Shown one piece after another: positions 29,739 to 39,881 of a stretch of DNA of 64,000 bases (its first letter is position 1; each line of letters begins with the position of its first letter). The notes under the pieces are model-generated. The model did not search any database. It was not told where the DNA came from and was given only the letters and a program-made list of their open reading frames with translations. Location of the stretch: positions 741 through 64,740 of the forward strand of contig JAYQRG010000003.1 of the NCBI GenBank assembly GCA_038146245.1. The letters run 5' to 3'. The position numbers were made by a program, and so were the translations under genes. Origin of the DNA: Pelagibacteraceae bacterium. GTDB lineage: Bacteria; Pseudomonadota; Alphaproteobacteria; Pelagibacterales; Pelagibacteraceae.

Positions 29739-29846
29739 TTTAGGCTTTTATAACTCAACTATAAGTTGTTTCTACCTTAATCAATAATTGTATTAGTATT
29801 TAAATTATATATATTTTTTTTATTAATCTAAAATAAAGGGGAATAC

Positions 29847-30866
29847 ATGTACAAGTATTTTAAACTAATTACATCAGCTTCTCTTGCGCTTTGCTTATTA
29901 ACATTTGCATCAGTTGCAGGAACGAAAGATGATGTTGTAAAAAGAGGCTCTGTAAATTGCGGAGTTTCTCAAGGTGTCCCAGGTTTTTCTAATGCTGATG
30001 CAAAAGGAAATTGGACAGGTATTGACGTAGACGTTTGTAGAGCGGTTGCTGCTGCAGTTCTAGGCGATGCTAAAAAAGTTAAATTCTTTCCACTAAGTGC
30101 AAAAGACAGATTCGAAGTTTTAAAATCTGGTCAAATTGATGTGCTTGCAAGAAATACAACTTGGACTCTTCAAAGAGATGGTGGTCTAGGATTAGAATTT
30201 GCAGGAGTTAACTATTATGATGGTCAAGGTTTCATCGTAAGAAAAGCTGCAAAAATTAATTCAGCAAAAAAATTAAATAACGCAAAAGTTTGTGTAGAAA
30301 CAGGAACTACGACTGAGCTTAACTTAAGAGATTATTTTAATGCGAATAAAATGAAGTATGAACCTGTTGCTTTTACTAAAGCAGATGAAGCGGTAAGAGC
30401 ATACGACTCTGGTCGTTGCGATGCTTATACTACTGACAGATCTGGTTTAGCAGCACAAAGAACAAAAATGAAAGACCCTAAAGAGCATTTAGTTCTTCCA
30501 GAAATTATTTCAAAAGAACCTCTTGGACCTGTTGTTAGAGGTAATGATGAAAACTGGTTAAATATTGTTCGTTGGTCATTAAATGCAATGATCGAATCTG
30601 AAGAACTTGCTTTAACCTCTGCAAATGTTGATGCTCAAAAATCTTCTACTAATCCGGCAGTTAAAAGAATGCTTGGCATTGAAGGAGATACAGGCAAACA
30701 TTTAGGTTTAAATAATAATTGGAGTTACAATATTATTAAACAAGTTGGTAACTACGGTCAGAGCTATAATAGAAACGTAGGTCCAAGTACTCCTGTTGGT
30801 TTAGCAAGAGGCTACAACAGACTTTGGTCTAAAGGCGGAATTCTATACGCTCCACCAGTTAGATAA
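29847..30866 (+). CDS. aapJ: general L-amino-acid ABC transporter substrate-binding protein (AapJ/YhdW/BztA type)
   Basis: 339 aa with signal peptide. GVSQGVPGFS...GNWTGIDVDVCRAVAAAV, TWTLQRD. Noticeably less AT-skewed codon usage than its neighbours, suggesting high expression. Confidence 0.85.
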   Translation: MYKYFKLITSASLALCLLTFASVAGTKDDVVKRGSVNCGVSQGVPGFSNADAKGNWTGIDVDVCRAVAAAVLGDAKKVKFFPLSAKDRFEVLKSGQIDVLARNTTWTLQRDGGLGLEFAGVNYYDGQGFIVRKAAKINSAKKLNNAKVCVETGTTTELNLRDYFNANKMKYEPVAFTKADEAVRAYDSGRCDAYTTDRSGLAAQRTKMKDPKEHLVLPEIISKEPLGPVVRGNDENWLNIVRWSLNAMIESEELALTSANVDAQKSSTNPAVKRMLGIEGDTGKHLGLNNNWSYNIIKQVGNYGQSYNRNVGPSTPVGLARGYNRLWSKGGILYAPPVR

Positions 30867-30882
30867 TAATTCTTAATACAAT

Positions 30883-30911
30883 AAAAGGGCCATAAATTTT
30901 ATGGCCCTTTT
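30883..30911 (+). terminator. intrinsic terminator/attenuator hairpin between aapJ and aapQ
   Basis: AAAAGGGCCAT-aaatttt-ATGGCCCTTTT: perfect 11-bp stem, 7-nt loop, T-run at the 3' side. Starts 17 nt after the aapJ stop. Confidence 0.75.
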
Positions 30912-30917
30912 AGTTTA

Positions 30918-32093
30918 ATGACTGGTTTTAAAAGACATCTCGTAAGAAATTTACAATTAAGAAATCTTCTACCTCAACTTTTATTAATTTTTTTATTTAT
31001 AGGTCTTATTTATTATTTTACCTATAACGCTGGTGTAAATATGAAAGCTAGAAATATAAGTTCTGGCTTTGATTTTTTAAAAACAAATTCTGGTTTTGAT
31101 ATTCAATTTAGCCTTATTCCTTATTCAGGATCATCTAGCTATGCCACAGCTTATTTGGTTGGTTTATTAAATACTTTACTAGTTGCTTTTTTTGGAATTA
31201 TTCTTTCAACGATAGTTGGTTTTGTCGTTGGTATCTCAAGACTATCTGACAATTGGTTATTAAATAAATTTGCAAAAGTTTATGTGGAGGTTTTTAGAAA
31301 TTTACCTTTAATCTTGCAGATTTTTTTTTGGTATTTTGCAGTTTTAAGAGCACTTCCTGAAGTAGATAAAAGTTTGGTATTTTTTCAAAGTGTATTCGTA
31401 AATATTCAAGGGATTTATGTTCCAAAGTTTATATTTACCAACTTTCATTTTATTTTTTATGGAATCGTTTTTTCAATTTTATCAATTTTTTTTCTTAATT
31501 ATTTTTCAAAAAAAATATTTTATGAAAAGGGTGTGATAGTTCCGGTTTTTAAAATTTCTTTAATTATTTTAATTATTTTTCCTATAATTTTCGCACTTTT
31601 AGGTAAGACCACTTACATTGTTGAATATCCAACATTAAAACAAAACTTTGGGATTTTTAACTATATTGGAGGAACTATTTTGGTTCCGGAATTTGTGGCT
31701 CTTACCTTGGCTTTATCTATGTATACTGCTGCTTTTATCGCTGAAAATGTAAGAGCTGGAATTTTAGCAATAAGCAAAGGTCAAAAGGAAGCCTCTAAAT
31801 CATTAGGTTTTAACAATTCGCAATCTTTGAAACTAATCATTATTCCCCAAGCGCTTCGAGTGATTATTCCACCTACAACTAATCAATATTTAAATTTAAC
31901 TAAAAATTCTTCTCTTGCAGCTGCAATTGGGTACCCAGATCTTACTGGTGTATTTGCTGGCACCTCATTATCTCAAACTGGAAAGGCGATTGAAATAATC
32001 TTTATGGTAATGGTAACTTATTTATCGATTAGCATCTCTATTTCTATCCTTTTAAACTGGTACAACAAAAAAATAGCTTTTGTGGAAAAATAA
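30918..32093 (+). CDS. aapQ: amino-acid ABC transporter permease (AapQ/YhdX type)
   Basis: 391 aa, multi-TM. His/Glu/Gln/Arg-type permease EAA region (AFIAENVRAGILAISKGQKEASKSLGF). Confidence 0.85.
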   Translation: MTGFKRHLVRNLQLRNLLPQLLLIFLFIGLIYYFTYNAGVNMKARNISSGFDFLKTNSGFDIQFSLIPYSGSSSYATAYLVGLLNTLLVAFFGIILSTIVGFVVGISRLSDNWLLNKFAKVYVEVFRNLPLILQIFFWYFAVLRALPEVDKSLVFFQSVFVNIQGIYVPKFIFTNFHFIFYGIVFSILSIFFLNYFSKKIFYEKGVIVPVFKISLIILIIFPIIFALLGKTTYIVEYPTLKQNFGIFNYIGGTILVPEFVALTLALSMYTAAFIAENVRAGILAISKGQKEASKSLGFNNSQSLKLIIIPQALRVIIPPTTNQYLNLTKNSSLAAAIGYPDLTGVFAGTSLSQTGKAIEIIFMVMVTYLSISISISILLNWYNKKIAFVEK

Positions 32094-33149
32094 ATGAACA
32101 AAGTAATTTTATGGTCTAAACAAAATCTATTTTCCTCATGGTATAATATTTTAATTTCTGCTTTTATTTTATTATTAGTTTTTTATTCGATTCCTAAATT
32201 TGTTGATTGGGCACTTATAAAAGCAACCTTTTCAGGCGAAACAAAACAAGATTGCAAAGCTGGAGGCGCTTGTTGGGTCTTTATAAAAGTTTGGTTTGAA
32301 AAGTTCTTATACGGATTTTATCCAGAATCAGATATTTGGAGAGTCAACATTGCCTTTACGTTGTTAGTTTTAACTATCGCAACAGCATTTTTAATACGTG
32401 AATCTTATAAAATTTTTGTAGTTCTCTTTCTTATTTTTATTTTTCCAATCATTTCTTTTTATTTACTTAGTGGGGGTAGATTTGGACTTTCTTATGTTGA
32501 AACAAGAGAGTGGGGTGGTTTTTCATTAAGTTTAATTTTAACTTTCTTTGGTATTATTTTATCTTTTCCTTTAGGTGTACTCCTAGCTCTAGGAAGAAGA
32601 TCTGAATTATTTATTATTAAATATTTCTCCATTGCCTTTATTGAATTTTGGAGAGGCATTCCACTTATTACAGTTTTATTTGCTGCAGCAGTTACTTTCC
32701 CCCTTTTATTACCAGCTAATCTAGCATCAGATAAACTTTTAAGAGTTGCTATAGGGATTGCAATTTTTGAATCGGCTTACATTGCAGAAGTAGTTAGAGG
32801 TGGACTACAATCTCTACCAAAAGGTCAGTATGAAGCTGCCAAATCTTTAGGTATGGGTTATTGGAAAATGAATTTATTAATTATTCTTCCACAAGCAATT
32901 AAAACAGTACTACCAGGTATTACAAATACTTTTATTGCTTTATTTAAAGATACGCCTCTCATAATCTTGGTAGGTATATTAGAACTCTTAGGCATGGTTA
33001 ATTTAGCAAAAGCAAACTCTTACTGGTTAGGTATGGCGGTAGAAGGATATGTTTTTACAGCAATTGTTTTTTGGGTATTTTCTTATTTATTAAGTTTATA
33101 TACTCAACATTTAGAAAAAAAATACAGTACGGACAGGATAACAAAATAA
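32094..33149 (+). CDS. aapM: amino-acid ABC transporter permease (AapM/YhdY type)
   Basis: 351 aa, multi-[29 protein letters not shown]. Confidence 0.85.
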   Translation: MNKVILWSKQNLFSSWYNILISAFILLLVFYSIPKFVDWALIKATFSGETKQDCKAGGACWVFIKVWFEKFLYGFYPESDIWRVNIAFTLLVLTIATAFLIRESYKIFVVLFLIFIFPIISFYLLSGGRFGLSYVETREWGGFSLSLILTFFGIILSFPLGVLLALGRRSELFIIKYFSIAFIEFWRGIPLITVLFAAAVTFPLLLPANLASDKLLRVAIGIAIFESAYIAEVVRGGLQSLPKGQYEAAKSLGMGYWKMNLLIILPQAIKTVLPGITNTFIALFKDTPLIILVGILELLGMVNLAKANSYWLGMAVEGYVFTAIVFWVFSYLLSLYTQHLEKKYSTDRITK

Positions 33150-33883
33150 TGAACGACACGATTATCGAATTAAAAAATGTAAACAAATGGTTTGGAAAGT
33201 TTCATGTTTTAAAAAACATAAACATGAATGTTGCCAAAGGAGAAAAAGTAATTATTTGTGGTCCGTCCGGATCAGGAAAATCTACATTAATACGATGCAT
33301 TAATAGATTAGAAGAACATGAAGAAGGATCAATTGTTGTTGATGGGATTGAACTTAATGAAGATGTAAAAAATATCGATAAAATTAGAGGCGAAGTAGGA
33401 ATGGTGTTTCAACAGTTCAATTTATTTCCTCATTTAACAATTCTAGATAATTGCGCTCTCGCACCTTCTTGGGTTAAAAAAATTCCAAAAAAAAAATGTG
33501 AAGAATTAGCTATGGAATTTTTAACCAAAGTTAAGATTGCGGACCAAGCTAAGAAGTTTCCTGGTCAATTATCAGGAGGTCAACAACAAAGAGCAGCTAT
33601 TGCTAGAGCTTTATGCATGGAGCCTAAGATTATGTTATTTGACGAACCTACCTCAGCACTTGATCCTGAGATGATCAAAGAAGTTTTAGATGTGATGGTA
33701 GATCTTGCAAAAGGTGGAATGACCATGTGTGTAGTTACCCATGAAATGGCTTTTGCTAAAGAAGTTGCAGACCGTGTAGTTTTTATGGACGAAGGAAGTA
33801 TTGTTGAATCTAAAAAAACAAAAGATTTTTTCCAAAATCCAGAAAATGAACGAACCAAGTTATTCTTAAGTCAGATTTTATAA
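33149..33883 (+). CDS. aapP: amino-acid ABC transporter ATP-binding protein (AapP/YhdZ type)
   Basis: Walker [10 protein letters not shown], signature LSGGQQQR, Walker [12 protein letters not shown]. Start set at ATG 33149 (TAATG overlap with aapM), not 33071. Confidence 0.92.
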   Translation: MNDTIIELKNVNKWFGKFHVLKNINMNVAKGEKVIICGPSGSGKSTLIRCINRLEEHEEGSIVVDGIELNEDVKNIDKIRGEVGMVFQQFNLFPHLTILDNCALAPSWVKKIPKKKCEELAMEFLTKVKIADQAKKFPGQLSGGQQQRAAIARALCMEPKIMLFDEPTSALDPEMIKEVLDVMVDLAKGGMTMCVVTHEMAFAKEVADRVVFMDEGSIVESKKTKDFFQNPENERTKLFLSQIL

Positions 33884-33891
33884 AATTTATA

Positions 33892-34101
33892 ATGATTATA
33901 GAGTGCGCTAACTGTTCAAAAAAATATCAAGTTGAGGACCATACTATACCAGTAGAAGGAATAGAGGTGGAGTGCAATCACTGCAATCATGTTTGGTTTT
34001 TTAAACATGATAACTTTAAACAAATAAAAGATGCTTATTCGATAAAGGTACCATCAAATGTCGAAAGTTTAATTTTAGAGGCCGAAGAGAATAAAAATTA
34101 A
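33892..34101 (+). CDS. MJ0042-type zinc-ribbon protein (soluble, 69 aa)
   Basis: MIIECANCSKKYQVEDHTIPVEGIEVECNHCNHVWFF: two CxxC knuckles in MJ0042-finger spacing. Confidence 0.7.
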   Translation: MIIECANCSKKYQVEDHTIPVEGIEVECNHCNHVWFFKHDNFKQIKDAYSIKVPSNVESLILEAEENKN

Positions 34102-34442
34102 ATATTTAAACTTTGAATGAAGTTTTTGAGTTCAAAAATTATACTGTCTATTAAAATATAATATATTTTTAATTCCGGAATATTAATTAAAATATAACCT
34201 TTCAATAAATTCATCGCTCCAGCTAGAGAAGTTAAGAATATAAGAAGAATAATCAATTTCGAAAACCAATTACTTGAAACCTTAGGAGCTAAAGTAGATT
34301 TCGTTTTAGATGTGGTTGAAGTTTTTAAACCATAAAACCATTTTTCTCCACAAACTCCACATTGAACATTTCTTCCGTTTGAAGGAATATCGCTTTTTTT
34401 AACTAAAAATTGATATTTTCCACAATTACAACTTACGATCAT
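34098..34442 (-). CDS. MJ0042-type zinc-ribbon membrane protein (ZitP-like architecture, truncated)
   Basis: MIVSCNCGKYQFLVKKSDIPSNGRNVQCGVCGEKWFY (CxC + CxxC), an S/T/K linker, then one TM (WFSKLIILLIFLTSLAGAMNLL). Confidence 0.65.
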   Translation of the reverse strand: MIVSCNCGKYQFLVKKSDIPSNGRNVQCGVCGEKWFYGLKTSTTSKTKSTLAPKVSSNWFSKLIILLIFLTSLAGAMNLLKGYILINIPELKIYYILIDSIIFELKNFIQSLNI

Positions 34443-34768
34443 TTAAATAAATTTTTCATTACAGTTATTTTTATATCTGCATTTTTAATTTTACTAAGTA
34501 ATAATGCACCATCTTTAGGCTCAAAGCGAATTATGTGATTTAAAAGCAAAGTATTTAAAGGCTTACTTGCACTAACTGTTTTGATTTTTGGTTGTTTAGT
34601 TACAGTTTTAATTTTTTTTATTTCTTTTTTTTCTTGAACTTCATTTTTTAGAATTAATCTTTCAGGTTTTTTAGTTTCCTTTTTTTCAGGTGTTGGAGCA
34701 CTTTCAAAATTATCTAGTATAAAGTTGGTTGCGTTAATTAACTCGTTGATATCAATTTTTTTATTCAT
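34439..34768 (-). CDS. hypothetical small K/E/P-rich protein
   Basis: 109 aa from ATG 34768 (MNKKIDINELINATNFILDNFE...). ATGA overlap with the downstream zinc-ribbon gene. The longer track ORF (to 34894) is antisense to a tRNA and is rejected. Confidence 0.5.
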   Translation of the reverse strand: MNKKIDINELINATNFILDNFESAPTPEKKETKKPERLILKNEVQEKKEIKKIKTVTKQPKIKTVSASKPLNTLLLNHIIRFEPKDGALLLSKIKNADIKITVMKNLFK

Positions 34769-34867
34769 TTTTATGTATAATAATATTTTATCTATATTCT
34801 TAAAAATTCTAATATCAAAATATAATATTGTGAATATCTCAAAAAAACTGTAATAACACGCTTCTGT

Positions 34868-34943
34868 GCCCCTATAGCTCAATTGGTAGAGCAACTGATT
34901 TGTAATCAGTAGGTTGGCGGTTCAAGTCCGTCTGGGGGCACCA
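34868..34943 (+). tRNA. tRNA-Thr (anticodon TGT), CCA encoded
   Basis: 76-nt cloverleaf folded by hand: acceptor GCCCCTA/TGGGGGC, D arm GCTC..GAGC, anticodon stem ACTGA/TCAGT with loop TTTGTAA, T arm GGCGG-TTCAAGT-CCGTC, ACCA end. Confidence 0.92.
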
Positions 34944-35048
34944 GTTCTCTAACACTAATTAGAAAAACGAACCTAAATAATTATGGAAATGTAATAGTTT
35001 TAAAATTAAAATCTATTATTGGTAATTTAATTTTGGTAAAATCCACTT

Positions 35049-35429
35049 ATGGTAAAGCAAATTCCATCTTCTAACATTAAAGATCATATAAAACCTGGTG
35101 ATATTTTATTAGATGTTAGAACGCCACAAGAGTGGAAGGTTATAGGAAAACCAGATGGAGAGACTTTAGGTTTAAAAACTTATTTTGTTTCATATCAATT
35201 AGAACTAAATGGAAAAAGATATCTAAACCCTAATTTAGATAAAGAACTAAAAGCTTTAAATTTAAATAAAACCAAACAAATTTTTTGTATTTGCAGAAGT
35301 GGCGCCAGATCAGATAGTGTTGCAAAAATCTTAGAAACCCAAGGATATGATACAATTAATGTATCAGATGGTTTTTATGTGGATGAAACAAAACCTTCTT
35401 GGAAAAAAAACGGCCTACCAATTAAATAA
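35049..35429 (+). CDS. rhodanese-domain sulfurtransferase
   Basis: 126 aa. Active-site loop CRSGARS; LLDVRTPQEW. Confidence 0.8.
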   Translation: MVKQIPSSNIKDHIKPGDILLDVRTPQEWKVIGKPDGETLGLKTYFVSYQLELNGKRYLNPNLDKELKALNLNKTKQIFCICRSGARSDSVAKILETQGYDTINVSDGFYVDETKPSWKKNGLPIK

Positions 35430-35431
35430 AG

Positions 35432-35761
35432 TTACTCTTTATAAGATATTTTTTTTTCTTTAAGCTGTTTTTGAAGCTCTTTTTTTTCAAACATTTCTCT
35501 TACGATATCACAGCCACCAATAAATTCTTGTTTTATATAAAGTTGGGGAATGGTTGGCCAGTTACTATAAGTTTTAATTCCGTTTCTTAATTCTTCATTT
35601 TCTAAAACGTTAATTCCTACAAAATTAACCTGAAGGTGTTTTAAAACATTTGCAACAGCCATGGAAAATCCACATTGTGGCATATCTGGAGTTCCTTTCA
35701 TAAAAAGAACTACATCGTTTTTATTAATTACATCCTCAATTTTTTTATTAATATCGTTCAT
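35432..35761 (-). CDS. grxD: monothiol glutaredoxin (Grx4/GrxD family)
   Basis: 109 aa. CGFS active site (PQCGFS), WPTIPQLYI, GGCDI. Confidence 0.93.
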   Translation of the reverse strand: MNDINKKIEDVINKNDVVLFMKGTPDMPQCGFSMAVANVLKHLQVNFVGINVLENEELRNGIKTYSNWPTIPQLYIKQEFIGGCDIVREMFEKKELQKQLKEKKISYKE

Positions 35762-35991
35762 TATTTTTCTTCCGTTGTTAAGGCAAGGGCATGAAGCTCT
35801 CCACCCATTTTACCTTTTAATGCTTTGTAAACCATTTGATGCTGTTGTACACGATTTTTCCCTTTGAACAAAGAAGACCTTATTTTTGCAGAAAAATGAT
35901 TATTGTCTCCAGCTAAATCTTGGATTTCGATTTCAGCATCAGGAAATCCTTCTTTTAACATTTTTTCTAAATTTTCTCTTTCAATAGGCAT
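35761..35991 (-). CDS. bolA: BolA-family protein
   Basis: 76 aa. BolA pattern (GDNNHFSAKIRSSLFKGKNRVQQHQMVY). 1-nt overlap with grxD. Confidence 0.85.
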   Translation of the reverse strand: MPIERENLEKMLKEGFPDAEIEIQDLAGDNNHFSAKIRSSLFKGKNRVQQHQMVYKALKGKMGGELHALALTTEEK

Positions 35992-35994
35992 ATT

Positions 35995-38184
35995 TTAATT
36001 ATTAAACTTATAAAACCATTCTTTATTTAATTTTTTTAAATCTTCTATCTTAAAAGTAATATCTTGATCGATGGTTAAGTTGTCTTTCTGAGTTTTTCCG
36101 ATTTCAGATATGGTTATGTTAAGTTTTTTTGCTTCATCCAAGACTTTAGAAAGTTGTTTTTCTTCTACTTCAATAATGTATCTGCTTTGATCTTCACCAA
36201 ATAGATATTTAATTCTATCTAAATCTTTTTTAGTGGTCGTAATATTTGCACCAATAGATGAACTCATGCACATTTCGATTATTGCAAGCACAATTCCTCC
36301 TGCAGATATATCATGAACAGATGATAAAAGACCTTTACCAATCATGGATAAAATAAATTTTCCATTTTTTAATTCTTCATCAAGATCTACTTTTGGAGGC
36401 CTTCCTTTATTTAAATGAAGTAAATCGTAGCATAAAATAGATTGTTCTAAATGACCCTCTGTTTTTCCAATGATTAAAATTTTATTATTTTCCTTTTTAA
36501 ATTTTAAATTAACTGATTGTTGAACATCTTTAATTAATCCAACTCCCCCAATAGTTGGTGTTGGAAGAATACTTACGCCATTGGTTTCGTTATAAAGCGA
36601 AACGTTTCCTGATACGACTGGATAATTTAATTTTGTACATGCTTCTTTCATCCCTTGAATAACACCCACAAACTGTCCCATAATTTCTTTTTTTTCTGGA
36701 TTGCCGAAATTTAGGCAGTTTGTGATAGCAATAGGTTCAGCTCCAACGGCGCATAAGTTTCTATAAGTTTCTGCAACCGCTTGCTTTCCGCCTGTATAAG
36801 GGTGAGCTTTACAATATCTTGGAGTGCAATCTACTGTGGTTGCAATTGCTTTTTTACTTCCATGAATCCTAACAATCGCAGAGTCTCCACCTGGAAATTG
36901 AGCTGTATCGCACATGACCATATGATCATACTGTTCCCAAACCCAAGATTTGTTTGCTTGATTAGGGTGGGAGACTAATTTTTCTATCATAGTTTTTAGA
37001 TTAATATCTTTTACTTTATTGCTTAAATCGATTGCCTCAGGTTCTTTAATCTCTATCCATTCTCTTTGATATTTTGGAGCAGCATCCGATAAAGAGCTAA
37101 TAGGTAAATTACATACGGTTTCATTATTAAATTTTAATACTAAATGTTTTGTATTTGTTAGAACACCTATAACAGCAAAATCTAATTCCCATTTTTTAAA
37201 AATTTTTTCTGCCTCTTTTTCTTTTCCATTTTTTAATATAATTAGCATTCGCTCTTGGCTTTCTGACAACATCATTTCATAAGGGGTCATCCCAGTTTCT
37301 CTGCAAGGAACTTTGTTGAGGTCAATTTCTATTCCCATATCTCCTTTGGATGCCATCTCGATAGAAGACGAAGTAAGACCAGCGGCACCCATATCTTGAA
37401 TTGACACAATCGTATCTGTTTTCATTAGTTCTAAACAAGCTTCTAATAAAAGCTTTTCAGAAAAAGGATCTCCGACTTGAACTGTAGGTTTTTTTGATTC
37501 TGTATCTTCATCAAATTCTTGGGAAGCCATAGAGGCACCGTGAATTCCATCTCTTCCAGTTTTAGAACCTACATAGATTACAGGATTTCCAACTCCGCTA
37601 GCAATCGAATAAAAAACCTTATCTTTTTTTGCCACTCCAATGTTCATCGCATTTACTAAAATGTTACCATCATAAGAAGAATCAAATTCTACTTCACCAC
37701 CCACTGTTGGAATTCCCATACAATTTCCATAGCCTGCAATTCCAGCAACAACACCATTAAGTAAATGTTTAGTTTTTGGATGATCCGGAGAGCCAAATCG
37801 AAGCGCATTTAAATTAGCAATAGGACGAGCTCCCATTGTAAATACATCTCTTAAAATTCCACCCACTCCAGTTGCTGCACCTTGGTAAGGCTCAATGTAA
37901 GAGGGGTGGTTATGACTTTCAATTTTAAAAATAGCAACATCTCCATCATCAATGTCAATCACTCCTGCGTTTTCTCCAGGACCCTGAACTACTCTTTTAT
38001 TTTTTGTAGGTAGTTGCGCTAACCAATGTCTAGATGATTTATATGAACAATGCTCATTCCACATGGCAGAGAATATTCCAAGCTCTGTTAAATTTGGAAC
38101 TCTACCAATAAGCTCTTGGATTTTTTTATACTCTTCTTCCTTAAGACCATGTTGAATGGCTAATTCAAGATTTACTTCTTTCAT
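35995..38184 (-). CDS. purL: phosphoribosylformylglycinamidine synthase subunit PurL
   Basis: 729 aa. [34 protein letters not shown]. Confidence 0.97.
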   Translation of the reverse strand: MKEVNLELAIQHGLKEEEYKKIQELIGRVPNLTELGIFSAMWNEHCSYKSSRHWLAQLPTKNKRVVQGPGENAGVIDIDDGDVAIFKIESHNHPSYIEPYQGAATGVGGILRDVFTMGARPIANLNALRFGSPDHPKTKHLLNGVVAGIAGYGNCMGIPTVGGEVEFDSSYDGNILVNAMNIGVAKKDKVFYSIASGVGNPVIYVGSKTGRDGIHGASMASQEFDEDTESKKPTVQVGDPFSEKLLLEACLELMKTDTIVSIQDMGAAGLTSSSIEMASKGDMGIEIDLNKVPCRETGMTPYEMMLSESQERMLIILKNGKEKEAEKIFKKWELDFAVIGVLTNTKHLVLKFNNETVCNLPISSLSDAAPKYQREWIEIKEPEAIDLSNKVKDINLKTMIEKLVSHPNQANKSWVWEQYDHMVMCDTAQFPGGDSAIVRIHGSKKAIATTVDCTPRYCKAHPYTGGKQAVAETYRNLCAVGAEPIAITNCLNFGNPEKKEIMGQFVGVIQGMKEACTKLNYPVVSGNVSLYNETNGVSILPTPTIGGVGLIKDVQQSVNLKFKKENNKILIIGKTEGHLEQSILCYDLLHLNKGRPPKVDLDEELKNGKFILSMIGKGLLSSVHDISAGGIVLAIIEMCMSSSIGANITTTKKDLDRIKYLFGEDQSRYIIEVEEKQLSKVLDEAKKLNITISEIGKTQKDNLTIDQDITFKIEDLKKLNKEWFYKFNN

Positions 38185-38858
38185 TGTAAAATAGATTGAA
38201 AAACTCCTGACCCATCTGTTCCACCTAAAAGACTCTCAATACACCTTTCAGGATGTGGCATCATTCCTAAAACATTTCCTTTTTTATTAACGATTCCGGC
38301 AATATTTAGAGCGGCACCATTTGGATTGCTCTCATCGTTTATATTTCCTTTAGAGTCTGAATATTGAAACACGATTTGATCATTTGAATTTAATTCATCT
38401 AATAATTTTTTATCTCCATAGTAGTTTCCTTCGTTATGAGCGATAGGAATTTTAATAACTTCATTAGATTTATATTTTTTGGTAAAAGCAGATTTGTTAT
38501 TTTTGACTAGTAAATCTACATATCTACAAATAAATTTTAAGTTTTTATTTCTTAAAAGAACTCCTGGTAATAATTGAGTTTCTGTTAGAATTTGAAAACC
38601 ATTACAAATACCAATTAAGTAACCACCATCATTTGCGTGTTTTATAACTTCTTTCATAATTTTAGATTTAGAAGCCATGCTTCCACAACGAAGATAATCA
38701 CCATAAGAAAAACCCCCAGGTAGAACAACTAAATCTACTTTTGGTAGGGTACTTTCTTGATGCCAAACCATGGTAGTTTGAATTTGAAATTTTTCTAGAG
38801 CAACCTTGATATCCCGATCACAATTGGAACCAGGAAAAACAATGACACTAGCTTTCAT
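38181..38858 (-). CDS. purQ: phosphoribosylformylglycinamidine synthase glutaminase subunit PurQ
   Basis: 225 aa. [10 protein letters not shown], nucleophile [16 protein letters not shown]. Confidence 0.96.
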   Translation of the reverse strand: MKASVIVFPGSNCDRDIKVALEKFQIQTTMVWHQESTLPKVDLVVLPGGFSYGDYLRCGSMASKSKIMKEVIKHANDGGYLIGICNGFQILTETQLLPGVLLRNKNLKFICRYVDLLVKNNKSAFTKKYKSNEVIKIPIAHNEGNYYGDKKLLDELNSNDQIVFQYSDSKGNINDESNPNGAALNIAGIVNKKGNVLGMMPHPERCIESLLGGTDGSGVFQSILQ

Positions 38859-39097
38859 CCTATTTTTTTAACTTTAAAGTTTTCGATAGTTAAATTTGCT
38901 AGTAATTTTTCGCAGGATTTCTCAATAGAAGCTTTTGCTTTTGATTCATCTTTTTCATCAATATCTAGAGTGAAGTATTTTCCCTGACGAACCGAATGGA
39001 TTTGATCAAAGCCAATATTTTTAAGTGCATTTTCTACAGCTTTACCTTGAGGGTCTAGAACTTCATTTTTTAATGTGACAAAAACTTCGAATTTCAA
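38855..39097 (-). CDS. purS: phosphoribosylformylglycinamidine synthase subunit PurS
   Basis: 80 aa. VLDPQGKAVENAL. Located between purC and purQ. Confidence 0.9.
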   Translation of the reverse strand: MKFEVFVTLKNEVLDPQGKAVENALKNIGFDQIHSVRQGKYFTLDIDEKDESKAKASIEKSCEKLLANLTIENFKVKKIG

Positions 39098-39101
39098 TTT
39101 A

Positions 39102-39881
39102 TTACTTTTTTAATTTAATTGTTTTGGAAATACCTGTCTTGATTTCTTTAATATTAGTACCTTCTGGCATGATCCCTAATCGTTTAGCAACTTCTTGATA
39201 AGCTTCTACTAAACCACCTAGATCTCTTCTAAAACGATCTTTATCAAGTTTCTTTTCATCTTTTACATCCCATAATCTGCAAGTATCAGGACTAATTTCA
39301 TCTGCCAAAATAACTCTACTATCTTCATTGTTCCATACTCGTCCAAATTCTAATTTAAAATCTACTAATTTAATTCCAACACCTCTAAATAAACCAATTA
39401 GAAAATCATTTACCCTAAATGCAGTATCACTTGCTTGCGCAATTTCTATTGCACTAGCCCAACTATTAATTTCGATATGATCTTCTGTAACTAATGGATC
39501 TCCTAGAGCATCATTTTTATAATAGTATTCAACAATCGGTCTTTTTAAAACTGTACCTTCACTAATACCTAAACGGTTAGAAAAAGACCCAGCTGCAATA
39601 TTTCTTACAACAAACTCAATTGGAATAATTTCACAAGTTTTAATTAATTGCTCTCTCATATTTAATCGTTTGATCAAATGAGTTTCGATGCCAATCTCAT
39701 TTAGTTGAGTAAAGATAAACTCTGAAATTCTATTATTTAAAACACCTTTTCCTTCGATGACTGCTCTTTTTTTATTGTTAAAAGCAGTAGCATCATCTTT
39801 AAAATATTGAACAAGAGTATTTCTTTCTGGACCCTCGTATAATATTTTTGCTTTACCTTCGTAAATTAATTTTCTTCTCAT
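39102..39881 (-). CDS. purC: phosphoribosylaminoimidazole-succinocarboxamide synthase
   Basis: 259 aa. [35 protein letters not shown]. Confidence 0.96.
   Translation of the reverse strand: MRRKLIYEGKAKILYEGPERNTLVQYFKDDATAFNNKKRAVIEGKGVLNNRISEFIFTQLNEIGIETHLIKRLNMREQLIKTCEIIPIEFVVRNIAAGSFSNRLGISEGTVLKRPIVEYYYKNDALGDPLVTEDHIEINSWASAIEIAQASDTAFRVNDFLIGLFRGVGIKLVDFKLEFGRVWNNEDSRVILADEISPDTCRLWDVKDEKKLDKDRFRRDLGGLVEAYQEVAKRLGIMPEGTNIKEIKTGISKTIKLKK

Noticed and set aside
29756-29768. Small inverted repeat CAACT-ata-AGTTG between the NifU-like gene and aapJ.
   Set aside because: Only 5 bp with a 3-nt loop and no extension. Too weak to call an operator or RNA structure.
33071-33148. Upstream extension of aapP ([26 protein letters not shown]) in the ORF track.
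   Set aside because: It lies entirely within aapM coding sequence. The ABC ATPase homology begins at [11 protein letters not shown] (ATG 33149), which forms a TAATG junction with aapM.
34828-34856. Sigma70-like promoter for tRNA-Thr: TTGTGA, 17 nt, TAATAA, ending 11 nt before the mature 5' end. A TATAAT hexamer also lies at 34821-34826.
   Set aside because: Plausible spacing, but in DNA this AT-rich -10-like hexamers are everywhere. I could not find comparably convincing -35/-10 pairs for nuoA, sufB, aapJ or tRNA-Leu, so I do not report any promoter as a feature.
34769-34894. N-terminal 42 codons (MLYQLSYRGTEACYY...) of the 151-aa track ORF.
   Set aside because: This part is the reverse complement of tRNA-Thr (34868-34943) and its upstream region, a classic tRNA-antisense artefact. 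The CDS was trimmed to ATG 34768.
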